Origin: Prochlorococcus sp. AG-347-J20
Lineage (GTDB): Bacteria; Cyanobacteriota; Cyanobacteriia; PCC-6307; Cyanobiaceae
NCBI GenBank assembly: GCA_003281485.1
Contig: QCBW01000008.1
Coordinates: 2,925-66,924, forward strand
DNA: 64,000 bases
Direction: 5' to 3'
The stretch's first letter is position 1; each line of letters starts with the position of its first letter. Both the position numbers and the translations under genes were made by a program. Below, in pieces: positions 32,722 through 42,720 of the stretch. The notes under the pieces are model-generated. The model was not told the DNA's origin. It ran no database searches and saw only the letters and a list, made by a program, of their open reading frames with translations.

Positions 32722-33781
32722 AAATTTTAACTTTAAATCCTTATTTATATTAAACACTTTTGCTTTAGTAGTAACTTCCTTTTTTTTTAATAATTTTATT
32801 TTTATAGGAGTATTTACATTATTTTTTTTTATTTCTTTATTAACAACAAAGAATGGTCTAGAAATAATCAAAAAATTAAATTTACTTCAAAATATTAGAA
32901 CTGAGGGTCCTAAAAATCACTTTAGAAAAAATGATACCCCAACAATGGGTGGAATTTTTATGATGGTCCCTTTTTTAATTTTTCTTTTGATAATTACTAT
33001 AAATTTAAGTTCTCTAAAATTATTATTTTTATTCCTAACTATTTTTGGCTTTTTTATTACAGGGTTTTTAGATGATTATTTAAGTATTAAAAACAAAAAA
33101 AATACAGGTTTAAAAACAAAAGAAAAATTTTTTCTACAAAGTATCATTTCAATAATTTTTATATTATTAGCATATGAAAAAAATTTAATAAATCCATTAA
33201 TAACAATATCTGACTCCTTGGATATAAATTTGAAAATTTTCATATTGCCTATTTCTTTTCTAATACTGGTTGGCATGAGTAATTCAGTAAATTTAGCTGA
33301 CGGTCTAGATGGATTAGCGGCTGGATGCAGTGGCATTGTCTTTTATGGATTAGGAACAGAAATATTAATGAAAGAACAGCAAGAACTTTTTATTTATAGT
33401 ATCTTGTGTTATTCAATGTGCGGAATATGCCTAGGATTTCTTAACTACAATAGTTATCCTGCAAAAATATTTATGGGTGACACGGGATCTCTAAGTATTG
33501 GTGCGATTCTGGGTTCTATAGCGTTATTAACTGATAGCGTTTTTACCTTATCTATTTTCTCAGGAATATTTATTATTGAATCATTATCAGTGCTGATTCA
33601 AGTAGGTTTTTTTAAAATTACAAAAAAATTATTTCAAAAAGGGGAGCGCATATTTTTAATGGCTCCACTTCACCACCATTTTGAACTACAAGGAGTTAAG
33701 GAACAAACAATAGTTGAAAATTTTTGGAAAATCAACATTTTACTTGTAATTTTAGGTATAGTTTTAAAAATCAATCTTTAA
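32705..33781 (+). CDS. mraY: Phospho-N-acetylmuramoyl-pentapeptide transferase
   Basis: 358 aa, multi-pass. Motifs TPTMGG, NSVNLADGLDGLAAG, FMGDTGSL and APLHHHFE. Confidence 0.93.
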   Translation: MIGKIKNFNFKSLFILNTFALVVTSFFFNNFIFIGVFTLFFFISLLTTKNGLEIIKKLNLLQNIRTEGPKNHFRKNDTPTMGGIFMMVPFLIFLLIITINLSSLKLLFLFLTIFGFFITGFLDDYLSIKNKKNTGLKTKEKFFLQSIISIIFILLAYEKNLINPLITISDSLDINLKIFILPISFLILVGMSNSVNLADGLDGLAAGCSGIVFYGLGTEILMKEQQELFIYSILCYSMCGICLGFLNYNSYPAKIFMGDTGSLSIGAILGSIALLTDSVFTLSIFSGIFIIESLSVLIQVGFFKITKKLFQKGERIFLMAPLHHHFELQGVKEQTIVENFWKINILLVILGIVLKINL

Positions 33782-33790
33782 AAATTTGTT

Positions 33791-34036
33791 ATGAATTTTT
33801 TTACATGGAAAGATAATGGATTAACAAGTGACTGTTCAAGTCTTGATGCAATGGCATCGAGGTTTGAAGAAACTGCTAACTTAATGAAAAAACTATCCAA
33901 GAAAGGTTTTAAATTAAAGAAAACTCAAAAAAATCAAATAATTCTTCACCCTGACCCGAAAGTATTCGATCAATGGGGTTTTATTAGTGAAGAACTTCCT
34001 TTTAAACAACTTTGTTTAATATCAGATGAAGAATAA
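33791..34036 (+). CDS. Hypothetical protein (81 aa)
   Basis: ORF starting 10 nt after mraY in the same orientation. I recognise no domain. Its last 67 nt overlap the convergent sps gene. Confidence 0.4.
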   Translation: MNFFTWKDNGLTSDCSSLDAMASRFEETANLMKKLSKKGFKLKKTQKNQIILHPDPKVFDQWGFISEELPFKQLCLISDEE

Positions 34037-35379
34037 CTATTCGCCCTTGAAAAATCTTCTGTTAATATCGATAAATAATTCCGTACATGAGTGCTCCAAC
34101 TAAAGTGCCTGTTAACGCCCTCAATTCCATTTCTACTCCATAATTTCCACTGATTTTCATCAGAAATTCCTTTTTCAAGAATAATTTTTAACTCATTAAT
34201 ATCAGTAACATCTACTAGAAGTCCATTTTCACATTTTGAGCGAATTTCTTTTGGTCCTCCATCGTTTGTTGATATTATTGGTAGTCCACAGGAAGAAGCT
34301 TCAAGAAGAGTTAATCCAAAAGGCTCTGTTAAAGCTGGATTTACAAATACACCTCCCCTACTAGCAGCCCACCTATATAAAGCAGGAATCTGACTTGGGA
34401 GATGTTTTTTTGGATAAGCTACTTTTCCATACAAATTATATTTATCAATCGTTTCAAAAATACTATTGAAGACATCTTTTTGTTGAGGGTCAAGTTTTGA
34501 AGTACTATCTCGACAACCCAAAATCAAAATTAAATTAGTTTTTCTTTTTAATTTTTCTGATCTTCCATATGCTTCAATCAAAGAAGGAATATTTTTTCTT
34601 CGTACAGCTCTAGCAATATTTAATAATGGAGGTTTAGTTAAATCCTTTAGAAAAGGTTGCATCATATTGTCAATTTCAGCTGTCTCTGTTGTCGAATGAA
34701 TATGGTGAAATTTATTATGATCAACACCAGGAGGAATTACTCTAGCTTTGTCAGATGAAAAAGAGGAATATTGAGAATATTGATAAACTGATTCTTGTTT
34801 AGTACTCGTAACAACAATATCTGCTGACTTTAGAGCTTTTTCTTCTGCGTCAATTCTTTTACTTATTGAGTAAAGCTTTTCTATTTGATTAGTTTTTAAA
34901 CCAGTATCAAGCAATTTCCTTTTTTTCTCTCGTCCTAAAGAATGGCCTGTAAAAATAAGTGGAATATTCAAGGATTTACTTAGTTTAACTCCTACGTACC
35001 CAGCATCTGCATAATGTGCATGAATAAAATTAGGCTTTTTATTTTTTTTATAATAAGAAATAAGAACCTCAGTTAAGCAATCTAAATAAGGCCAAAGCAA
35101 TTCCTTTCTTATATATTTATTAGGTCCAAATCTAAATCTTAAAATTTTAACTCCAGGTTCTACAAATTCTTCCTCTTGAGAATATTCATGATCTACTTTA
35201 GGATCGTTAATTAAACGGGTTACTAAATCTACCTGATCAACTTCTGATGTATTTGCCAAACTTTTTACTAACTCTAAAACATATTGCGTTTGCCCTCCCG
35301 TATCTGCATCCCTGCCTAATTCAAGATTGTTAGAGCGTATAAGACCATGTAAATGTAAATGTAAAAATTTAAGCTTCAT
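33970..35379 (-). CDS. sps: Sucrose-phosphate synthase (GT-B glycosyltransferase domain only, no SPP-like domain)
   Basis: 469 aa. N-terminal HGLIR...ELGRDADTGGQTQYV and C-terminal EPFGLTLLEA motifs typical of SPS/SuS-type family 4 glycosyltransferases. GGAGGA lies 9 nt upstream of the ATG. Confidence 0.85.
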   Translation of the reverse strand: MKLKFLHLHLHGLIRSNNLELGRDADTGGQTQYVLELVKSLANTSEVDQVDLVTRLINDPKVDHEYSQEEEFVEPGVKILRFRFGPNKYIRKELLWPYLDCLTEVLISYYKKNKKPNFIHAHYADAGYVGVKLSKSLNIPLIFTGHSLGREKKRKLLDTGLKTNQIEKLYSISKRIDAEEKALKSADIVVTSTKQESVYQYSQYSSFSSDKARVIPPGVDHNKFHHIHSTTETAEIDNMMQPFLKDLTKPPLLNIARAVRRKNIPSLIEAYGRSEKLKRKTNLILILGCRDSTSKLDPQQKDVFNSIFETIDKYNLYGKVAYPKKHLPSQIPALYRWAASRGGVFVNPALTEPFGLTLLEASSCGLPIISTNDGGPKEIRSKCENGLLVDVTDINELKIILEKGISDENQWKLWSRNGIEGVNRHFSWSTHVRNYLSILTEDFSRANSYSSSDIKQSCLKGSSSLIKPH

Positions 35380-35580
35380 TTACCAAATCCTCCGATCAAC
35401 GGCCTTTAATAGAAATAAGCTGAATTTCGGAAGGAAATATTAAGAAAGCATTATGATTTTAAATTTTTTTAATACAAAAGTCTTTAAAAAAGCTGATACC
35501 CACTGAAATAATACCCATCAAAAGAAGATTTAGGTTTTACTCAAATAATTAAAAATACAAAGAAATACAACAAGTTTTTT

Positions 35581-38484
35581 TTATTTAAGAACTTTTTTAA
35601 GATATTTTGCTGTATAGCTTGTGGGATGTTTCGCTACATCTTCAGGAATACCTTCCGCAATAATTTCGCCACCTTTATCTCCTCCATCAGGTCCTAAATC
35701 AATAATCCAGTCAGAACATCTAATTACGTCTAAGTTATGCTCAATGACAATTACAGAATTCCCTTTATCTACTAAACGTTGTATCACATCCATTAATTTA
35801 TGAACGTCGTAAAAACTTAAACCTGTAGTTGGTTCATCAATCAAATATAAAGTTTTTCCAGTAGCCCTTTTAGATAATTCTGTCGCTAACTTAACTCTTT
35901 GAGCTTCACCACCGGATAATGTGGGCGCAGGTTGGCCTAATTTGACATATCCTAAACCTACATCAACAAGTGTAGATAATCTTTCAGAGGCTTGAGGTAT
36001 GGCAGAAAAAGTTTCTGCGGCTTGTTCAACAGTCATCTCTAAAACATCAGATATATTAAAACCCTTGTATTTAACTTGCAGAGTTTCCCTATTAAACCGA
36101 GCTCCTTTACATACTTCACATTGAACATACACATCAGGCAAAAAATTCATTTCGATAACATTAACTCCCTGGCCTTTACAAGCTTCGCATCTTCCTCCTT
36201 TCACATTAAAACTAAACTGACCTGCTTGGTAACCCCTAGCTTTGGCTTCAACAGTGGCCGTAAATATCTGCCTGATAGGATCAAAAGCACCTGTATAAGT
36301 AGCAGGGTTTGATCTTGGTGTTCTCCCTATTGGGGATTGGTCAATAACGATAACTTTATCAATTGCCTTTATACCTTTTAACTCTTCTACCCCTTGAGGG
36401 AAAGGAACTTTTAATCCTAAAGAATGACATAAGGCAGGATGAAGTAATTCGTTTATCAAAGTACTTTTCCCACTACCGCTAACGCCTGTTACAGAGACTA
36501 ATCTTCCTAAAGGAAATTCTACAGATACATTTTTTAAATTATTTTTAGAACAATTATTTAAAATTAAACTTTTTTTAACAGACAATCTTCTTTCTTTTGG
36601 AGTAGGAATAGATTTCCTACCACTGAGATAAGCCCCAGTTAATGACCTCTCTGATTTTAATACATCTTGATAAGTTCCCTTTGCAATTATTTCTCCGCCA
36701 TAAACACCAGCGCCTGGTCCAATATCTACTAAATAATCTGCGGATTTCATTGTATCTTCGTCATGTTCAACAACAACTAAAGTATTTCCAAGATCTCTTA
36801 AGCTTTTTAATGTTTCTAGCAATCTGTCATTATCTCTCTGATGTAAACCAATACTTGGTTCATCTAATACATAGAGAACTCCAGTAAGGCCTGCACCTAT
36901 TTGAGTAGCCAATCTTATACGTTGAGCTTCCCCACCAGACAAAGTCATAGCTGGTCTATCTAAAGTCAAATAATCAAGACCAACATTAATTAAAAACTTC
37001 AAACGTAAACGAATCTCTTTTAAGACCAATTCACCTATCTGCTTTTGTTTTTCTGTTAAGGATATGTTTTCTTTTTTAATATTTCCTAATCCCATGATGC
37101 GCTCTATATGTGTCAAAGTTTCAGAAACGCTTATAGAAGTTAGGTCAGTAATATTGTAAGGACCAAGTTTAACAGCCAAAGCTTCAGGTCTTAATCGTTT
37201 TCCAGAACATGTTTTACAAGGAACTAATTCTTGGTACTTTTCTAATTTTTGTCTAACTGATTCTCCATTAGCTTCATTCAATTGCCTTTCTAATATCGGC
37301 AAAATCCCTTCAAAGGGCCTTTCAAAGCCACTAGATGTTTTAAAACGACTATCAGCTTGAATAAGTATTGGTTTATCTGATCCCAAAAGTAGAACATTTT
37401 TTTGCAAATCACTTAAATCTTTCCAAGGAGTCTTTAATTCAAAACCATAAGCTTGTCCTACAGAATAAAGTAAAGAGAAGTAATAAGTATTATCTTTCTC
37501 ACTCCAAGGTGCTATTGCAGCATAAACAGGCAATGTTTTATCTGGTATAACTCTATCCGCAGTAAATTTTTTTAAGTAACCAATCCCATGACAGTCTGGA
37601 CAAGCCCCATATGGGCTGTTAAAGGAAAATAACCTTGGCGAAAGTTCCTCAACGATAGAACCATGTACAGGACATGCATAATTTTCTGAATAAAGCTTTT
37701 CTCTCTCTAAATTTTGAGGTAACTTTTCGCCTTTTTTAGGAACAACTTCTACTATTGCCAAACCATCTCCTCTTTTGAGACAAGTTTGGAGAGAATCATT
37801 TAATCTCTCTTGAATTCCTTCTCTTGAAATTAATCTATCAACTACTACCTCAATATTATGAATTTGATTTTTATCTAATTCAATACTATCAGCAAGTTCT
37901 CTTACCTCACCGTTGATTCTTACCCTAGCGAAGCCTTCAGCAGCTAATCCACTTATTAATTTTGTATGTGTTCCTTTTTTTCCTCTTACAACAGGGGCCA
38001 ACAATTGGTACCTTGTTCCTTCTGGCAATAGAATTATTTGATCAACCATTTCATCAATTGTTTGAGGCGAAATTGGAATTCCACAGTGATGGCAATGCGG
38101 TTCACCAGCACGACCAAACAACAATCTTAGATAATCTTGAATCTCAGTTACTGTTCCAACTGTTGATCTAGGATTATGACTAGTAGATTTTTGATCAATT
38201 GAAATAGCAGGTGATAGTCCTTCAATATTGTCAACATCTGGCTTATCAACTTGACCTAAAAATTGCCTTGCATAAGCGGAAAGACTCTCAACATATCTTC
38301 TTTGACCTTCAGCAAAAATTGTGTCAAAGGCTAAAGAACTTTTTCCGCTCCCACTTACTCCTGTAAAAACTATAAATTTATTCCTTGGTAGAGAAAGATT
38401 AATATTTTTTAAATTATGCTGACGAGCTCCTCTAATGTTTATTGAGTTATCTTCTTCAAAACTATTATCAGTTTTTTTAACCAT
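35581..38484 (-). CDS. uvrA: Excinuclease ABC subunit A
   Basis: 967 aa. Two ABC modules (GVSGSGKSS / GVSGSGKST; LSGGEAQR twice) and CxxC zinc-finger insertions. Confidence 0.97.
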   Translation of the reverse strand: MVKKTDNSFEEDNSINIRGARQHNLKNINLSLPRNKFIVFTGVSGSGKSSLAFDTIFAEGQRRYVESLSAYARQFLGQVDKPDVDNIEGLSPAISIDQKSTSHNPRSTVGTVTEIQDYLRLLFGRAGEPHCHHCGIPISPQTIDEMVDQIILLPEGTRYQLLAPVVRGKKGTHTKLISGLAAEGFARVRINGEVRELADSIELDKNQIHNIEVVVDRLISREGIQERLNDSLQTCLKRGDGLAIVEVVPKKGEKLPQNLEREKLYSENYACPVHGSIVEELSPRLFSFNSPYGACPDCHGIGYLKKFTADRVIPDKTLPVYAAIAPWSEKDNTYYFSLLYSVGQAYGFELKTPWKDLSDLQKNVLLLGSDKPILIQADSRFKTSSGFERPFEGILPILERQLNEANGESVRQKLEKYQELVPCKTCSGKRLRPEALAVKLGPYNITDLTSISVSETLTHIERIMGLGNIKKENISLTEKQKQIGELVLKEIRLRLKFLINVGLDYLTLDRPAMTLSGGEAQRIRLATQIGAGLTGVLYVLDEPSIGLHQRDNDRLLETLKSLRDLGNTLVVVEHDEDTMKSADYLVDIGPGAGVYGGEIIAKGTYQDVLKSERSLTGAYLSGRKSIPTPKERRLSVKKSLILNNCSKNNLKNVSVEFPLGRLVSVTGVSGSGKSTLINELLHPALCHSLGLKVPFPQGVEELKGIKAIDKVIVIDQSPIGRTPRSNPATYTGAFDPIRQIFTATVEAKARGYQAGQFSFNVKGGRCEACKGQGVNVIEMNFLPDVYVQCEVCKGARFNRETLQVKYKGFNISDVLEMTVEQAAETFSAIPQASERLSTLVDVGLGYVKLGQPAPTLSGGEAQRVKLATELSKRATGKTLYLIDEPTTGLSFYDVHKLMDVIQRLVDKGNSVIVIEHNLDVIRCSDWIIDLGPDGGDKGGEIIAEGIPEDVAKHPTSYTAKYLKKVLK

Positions 38485-38537
38485 GTTTAAATCTAAGTAT
38501 GATTTAAAAAGACTATTATAGTGGAATTTTTTCTATT

Positions 38538-40214
38538 TTATGCTGCTTGATCAAGAAGTTTAGAAGCGTAATCATTTACTTCGCTCGAACTTCCTCCAAT
38601 AAGTTCTATTAATTCATTTTTTCTTTGTTTTTTTGTAGTAAGTTTTGATATTGAAGTGTAGGTTATGCCACCAATTACATTTTTATTTACTTTAAAATGA
38701 CCAATTCCTGCAGCAGCTAAGAAGGGCTGATGTGTAATACATATAACCTGTTGATCTCTAGAAATTACTTTTATTAAGTCAACCAAAGAAAATAAAGATT
38801 TACCACTCAGGCCATTATCAATTTCATCTAAAAAGAAAGTATTTGGTTTTTTAGAAATACTGGATTTTATAGCTAACAAGAATCTTGACATTTCTCCACC
38901 AGAAATAACATTTGACAATGGAGCAAGCTTCTGGTCGGGATTAGCAGAAAATAAAAAATTTATAATGTCAATACCATCGCCAGATGGCATACCTTCGGAA
39001 AATTGAATTGAAAAATTTGCATTTACTAATCCTAGATTTCTTAAAATCAAAATTACTGAATCTTGTAGCTGTTTAGCAATTTTTTTTCTTTCATTAGATT
39101 GAATTAAAAAGAAAGAATTTAATTGACTCTGTGAGTCTTTAATTTGATTTTCAATATTGCGAATCTCATTATCTTGATCATTATTTAAAAAATATGTCCT
39201 TAATTGATTTCGCTTTTTAATTAATTGAGGTAAGTCCAAAGAAAAAGTTCTTTCCAAGTTTTTTAAAAAAAACAATCTTTTTTGAATTTCTGAAAGATTA
39301 GATTCATCATTATCTATGTCATGTATATAAGAATTTAAAGCAAAAATCAAACCCTCAACTTCAGCTTGAATATCTAACAACTTTTCTCTAAAATCTTGAA
39401 TTTTTAAGTCAAAATCTGCTGTTCTTTTTAAATTTTTTATTGATTGATTTATCAATAACGAAACAGATGGCTTTTCACAACTAAAATTATTTAAATTATC
39501 TAGAGATGATTGAATTGAATTATTTATTTCAAGATTATTTACAAGTTTATTTTCTAAATTTTCTAATTCTAAAATTTCATCACTAGAGTTTAAGTTTGCC
39601 TCCTCTAAACTGTTCAACATTTGTTTAATTACCAAGTTATTTTCTTCTTGCTTCTTAGAAGATTCAACTTTTTCTTTAATTAATTTTTTTAAAACCTGAA
39701 TTTCCCCCCATAAATTTTTAATCTTAGAATTAGATTCTCTAAATTCTTTCGAACATAAATCATCAATAATTAATCTTCTTTTATCTTGAGAATCAAATAT
39801 AAAAGTATCTGATTGCCCTGCAAAATCAATTAATAACCTTCCAAGTTCTTCTAATTTTTTTTTATTAATTGATAAGTTGTTAAGGCTATATTTAGATAAA
39901 ACTTTTTTATTTTTTCTATAAGACGTTCTTTTGATATTTAGCACTGAAGTACTACTTTGAAAACCATAATTAATTAACCAGTTATTAATGTGTAAAGAAG
40001 AAGAAAATTTCGCCTCAATGACACAATGATCTTTTCCTGGACGTATTAAGTGCTTTAAAGGTATATTAGTTCCACCAAATAAAGCATTTAATGAGTCTAA
40101 AATCAGTGATTTTCCTGATCCAGAATCCCCAGTAATGATGTTCAACCCTTTTTCGAAATTAATTTCTATAATCTCTATTAAGGCAATATTTTTTATTTTT
40201 AGTTGTATAAGCAT
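38538..40214 (-). CDS. recN: DNA repair protein RecN (SMC-like ATPase)
   Basis: N-terminal Walker A GDSGSGKS, a long central coiled coil, and C-terminal signature SGGEMSR plus Walker B FLDEID. Confidence 0.9.
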   Translation of the reverse strand: MLIQLKIKNIALIEIIEINFEKGLNIITGDSGSGKSLILDSLNALFGGTNIPLKHLIRPGKDHCVIEAKFSSSLHINNWLINYGFQSSTSVLNIKRTSYRKNKKVLSKYSLNNLSINKKKLEELGRLLIDFAGQSDTFIFDSQDKRRLIIDDLCSKEFRESNSKIKNLWGEIQVLKKLIKEKVESSKKQEENNLVIKQMLNSLEEANLNSSDEILELENLENKLVNNLEINNSIQSSLDNLNNFSCEKPSVSLLINQSIKNLKRTADFDLKIQDFREKLLDIQAEVEGLIFALNSYIHDIDNDESNLSEIQKRLFFLKNLERTFSLDLPQLIKKRNQLRTYFLNNDQDNEIRNIENQIKDSQSQLNSFFLIQSNERKKIAKQLQDSVILILRNLGLVNANFSIQFSEGMPSGDGIDIINFLFSANPDQKLAPLSNVISGGEMSRFLLAIKSSISKKPNTFFLDEIDNGLSGKSLFSLVDLIKVISRDQQVICITHQPFLAAAGIGHFKVNKNVIGGITYTSISKLTTKKQRKNELIELIGGSSSEVNDYASKLLDQAA

Positions 40215-40282
40215 GATAAATCTTCCATATAAAAAAATTAACTTCTTTTTTGAAAAAATAAAGGTATTAATTATATAAAGTT

Positions 40283-42139
40283 ATGAAAGAAGATTTTACT
40301 GATTTTATTGAGGTATCTGGACTGTTGAATTATGATCCAGATACAATATCTAAAATATACAAAAAGAACCCTCAAAGACTTCTAAAAAGACTTTGGCAAA
40401 CACTCCTTCCTATTTTTGCTTATATTTTTGCTATTGGGTGGGATAAATTAACTGGCAGATTGGAAAATGAATCGAAAGCGAGATGTAGGGCAAAAGAATT
40501 AACAAATTTATTGGTAGAACTTGGGCCAGCATTTGTTAAAGCTGGCCAGGCTTTATCAACGAGGCCTGATATCATTCCAGGGATTCTTCTAGAAGAATTA
40601 TCTGAATTACAAGATCAATTGCCAGGATTTGATGGGAATAAAGCTATGGAATTGATAGAAGAAGATTTAGGATCCAAAATAAATGAACTTTTCTTAGAAA
40701 TTGATCAAAAGCCAATTTCTGCTGCTTCTCTAGGACAAGTTCATAAAGCCAAACTAAAAAATGGAGATGTTGTAGCAGTAAAAGTCCAACGACCAGGCTT
40801 AAGAGAACAAATTACTTTAGATCTTTACATAGTAAGAAATATTGCTTATTGGCTAAAAAATAATATTGGATTGATAAGAAGTGATCTTGTAGCATTGATT
40901 GATGAATTAGGTAAGAGAGTCTTTGAAGAGATGGATTACTTAAACGAGGCTAAAAATGCAGAAAAGTTCAGAGATATGCATAAACATAACCAAATGATTG
41001 CTGTACCAAAAATTTATAAAGAAATAACATCGAGAAGAGTTTTAACTATGGAATGGATTAATGGAACAAAATTAACCAATTTAGAGGATGTAAAAAAATT
41101 AGGAATCGATCCAGATAAGATGATTGATATAGGAGTGCAGTGTAGTTTAGAACAACTTCTAGAACATGGTTTTTTTCATGCTGACCCACATCCAGGTAAC
41201 TTATTAGCTTTAAAAGATGGCAGATTATGTTATTTAGATTTTGGAATGATGAGCGAAGTTTCCAGAGACTCCAGGTCTGGATTAATTCAAGCAGTTGTAC
41301 ATTTAGTAAATAAAAACTTCGATAAGTTATCTCAAGACTTTGTTAAACTAGGTTTTCTATCTGAAGAAGTCAATCTTGAACCAATAGTTCCAGCATTTCA
41401 AGACGTTTTTATTAATGCAGTTGAACAAGGTGTTTCAAAGATGGACTTCAAAAGTGTCACAGATGACATGTCTGGAGTAATGTATAAATTTCCTTTCAAA
41501 TTACCTCCTTACTATGCACTTATTATAAGGTCATTATTAACCTTAGAAGGAATAGCATTAAGTGTTGACCCAAACTTTAAAATATTAGGAGCTGCTTACC
41601 CATATTTTGCTAGAAGATTAATGGAGGATCCTGATCCACAATTAAGGGAAAGTTTAAAAGAGATGCTTTTTGATAATAAAAAATTTAAATGGGACCGATT
41701 AGAAGATTTACTTTCAAATGCTGCGAAACAAACTGATCTTGATTTGGAAAAACTTTTAGATGAAGTAATAAATTTACTTTTTTCTCCAAAAGGAGGCTTT
41801 CTTAGAAATGAAATAATTGAAGAATTAACAAATCAAATAGATTTACTCAGTTTAAAGATATTAAAAAATTTAAATAGCTTTCTTCCAAACTCTATTAAAT
41901 TTAATACGACTGATGAAAGATATAACTTAAACGAACTTATAATGTTCGTAGAACCACTGAGGAATTTTTTAGAAATTTTACAAAAAGTGCCGGGTTACTC
42001 TATTGATATTTTTATGAAAAGAGTTCCACGACTTATAAATGAACCTTATACAAAAGAAATGGGTATAAAAATTGCAAAAAAAGTAACCGAAAAAGGTGTA
42101 GTTAGGCTTGTGAAGATTGCTGCTGGTGCAGACATTTAA
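40283..42139 (+). CDS. ABC1/UbiB (ADCK) atypical kinase family protein
   Basis: 618 aa. AAASLGQVHKA, the FHADPHPGN catalytic loop and the DFGMM motif. Confidence 0.88.
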   Translation: MKEDFTDFIEVSGLLNYDPDTISKIYKKNPQRLLKRLWQTLLPIFAYIFAIGWDKLTGRLENESKARCRAKELTNLLVELGPAFVKAGQALSTRPDIIPGILLEELSELQDQLPGFDGNKAMELIEEDLGSKINELFLEIDQKPISAASLGQVHKAKLKNGDVVAVKVQRPGLREQITLDLYIVRNIAYWLKNNIGLIRSDLVALIDELGKRVFEEMDYLNEAKNAEKFRDMHKHNQMIAVPKIYKEITSRRVLTMEWINGTKLTNLEDVKKLGIDPDKMIDIGVQCSLEQLLEHGFFHADPHPGNLLALKDGRLCYLDFGMMSEVSRDSRSGLIQAVVHLVNKNFDKLSQDFVKLGFLSEEVNLEPIVPAFQDVFINAVEQGVSKMDFKSVTDDMSGVMYKFPFKLPPYYALIIRSLLTLEGIALSVDPNFKILGAAYPYFARRLMEDPDPQLRESLKEMLFDNKKFKWDRLEDLLSNAAKQTDLDLEKLLDEVINLLFSPKGGFLRNEIIEELTNQIDLLSLKILKNLNSFLPNSIKFNTTDERYNLNELIMFVEPLRNFLEILQKVPGYSIDIFMKRVPRLINEPYTKEMGIKIAKKVTEKGVVRLVKIAAGADI

Positions 42140-42140
42140 A

Positions 42141-42710
42141 ATGAAATTTAATAAATTTTTAATAATAAAATCATTTTTGATTTTACTTATTTCTCAACTT
42201 CTTATTGACATTCCAAGGGCTAATTCTGCAGAGGAAATTAAAATCATATACAACATATTTTCCAGAACAATTAAAGTAAATTCATTAAAAAAATTTGTTG
42301 AAGAAGGTAAATCATCAAAAAAATTAAAAAGAATTTTAAAAGCCACTGGATCTTCCAATCAAGAAATTAGATCAGTTTTAAATAAAGACTTTCAGATCCC
42401 CATTACAATCGCGAGCAAATTAGTTTATTCCGAAATAGGGAATGTTTTTTTAACAAGACTTTCATCGATAATTCATCCAAACAGAGCACAAGATGAAATA
42501 ACGGGTATGTTAGCTCTTAGATCAAGTGTAGTTCAAGGCATTTATAAAGGAAAAGGGAAAATAAACTTAATAAAATTTTTTGAAGGATATCCAACTAAAA
42601 CTGTTATTTTAGATGTCAACGCTTTAAGCAAAGTTATGAATAAAGTAGAATCGATTACAGAACTATTAGACTTTTTTACAAATTCTCCTTTAGAAAAAAT
42701 CAAAAACTAA
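42141..42710 (+). CDS. Secreted DUF1400-like protein
   Basis: N-terminal signal peptide (MKFNKFLIIKSFLILLISQLL...ANSAEE). The body resembles the cyanobacterial DUF1400 family as I recall it. The start was trimmed to ATG 42141, 1 nt after the ABC1 stop. Confidence 0.55.
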   Translation: MKFNKFLIIKSFLILLISQLLIDIPRANSAEEIKIIYNIFSRTIKVNSLKKFVEEGKSSKKLKRILKATGSSNQEIRSVLNKDFQIPITIASKLVYSEIGNVFLTRLSSIIHPNRAQDEITGMLALRSSVVQGIYKGKGKINLIKFFEGYPTKTVILDVNALSKVMNKVESITELLDFFTNSPLEKIKN

Positions 42711-42720
42711 TTGAACAACT

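Noticed and set aside
35459-35518. 19-codon minus-strand ORF (MGIISVGISFFKDFCIKKI) in the uvrA-sps spacer
   Set aside because: It is too short, has no SD, and cannot be supported without conservation or peptide evidence.
38485-38537. LexA/SOS box upstream of uvrA, and upstream of recN (40215..40282)
   Set aside because: I saw no RGTAC-N3-DGTWCB-type palindrome, or any GTAC core, in either spacer by eye. A matrix scan would be needed to exclude weak sites.
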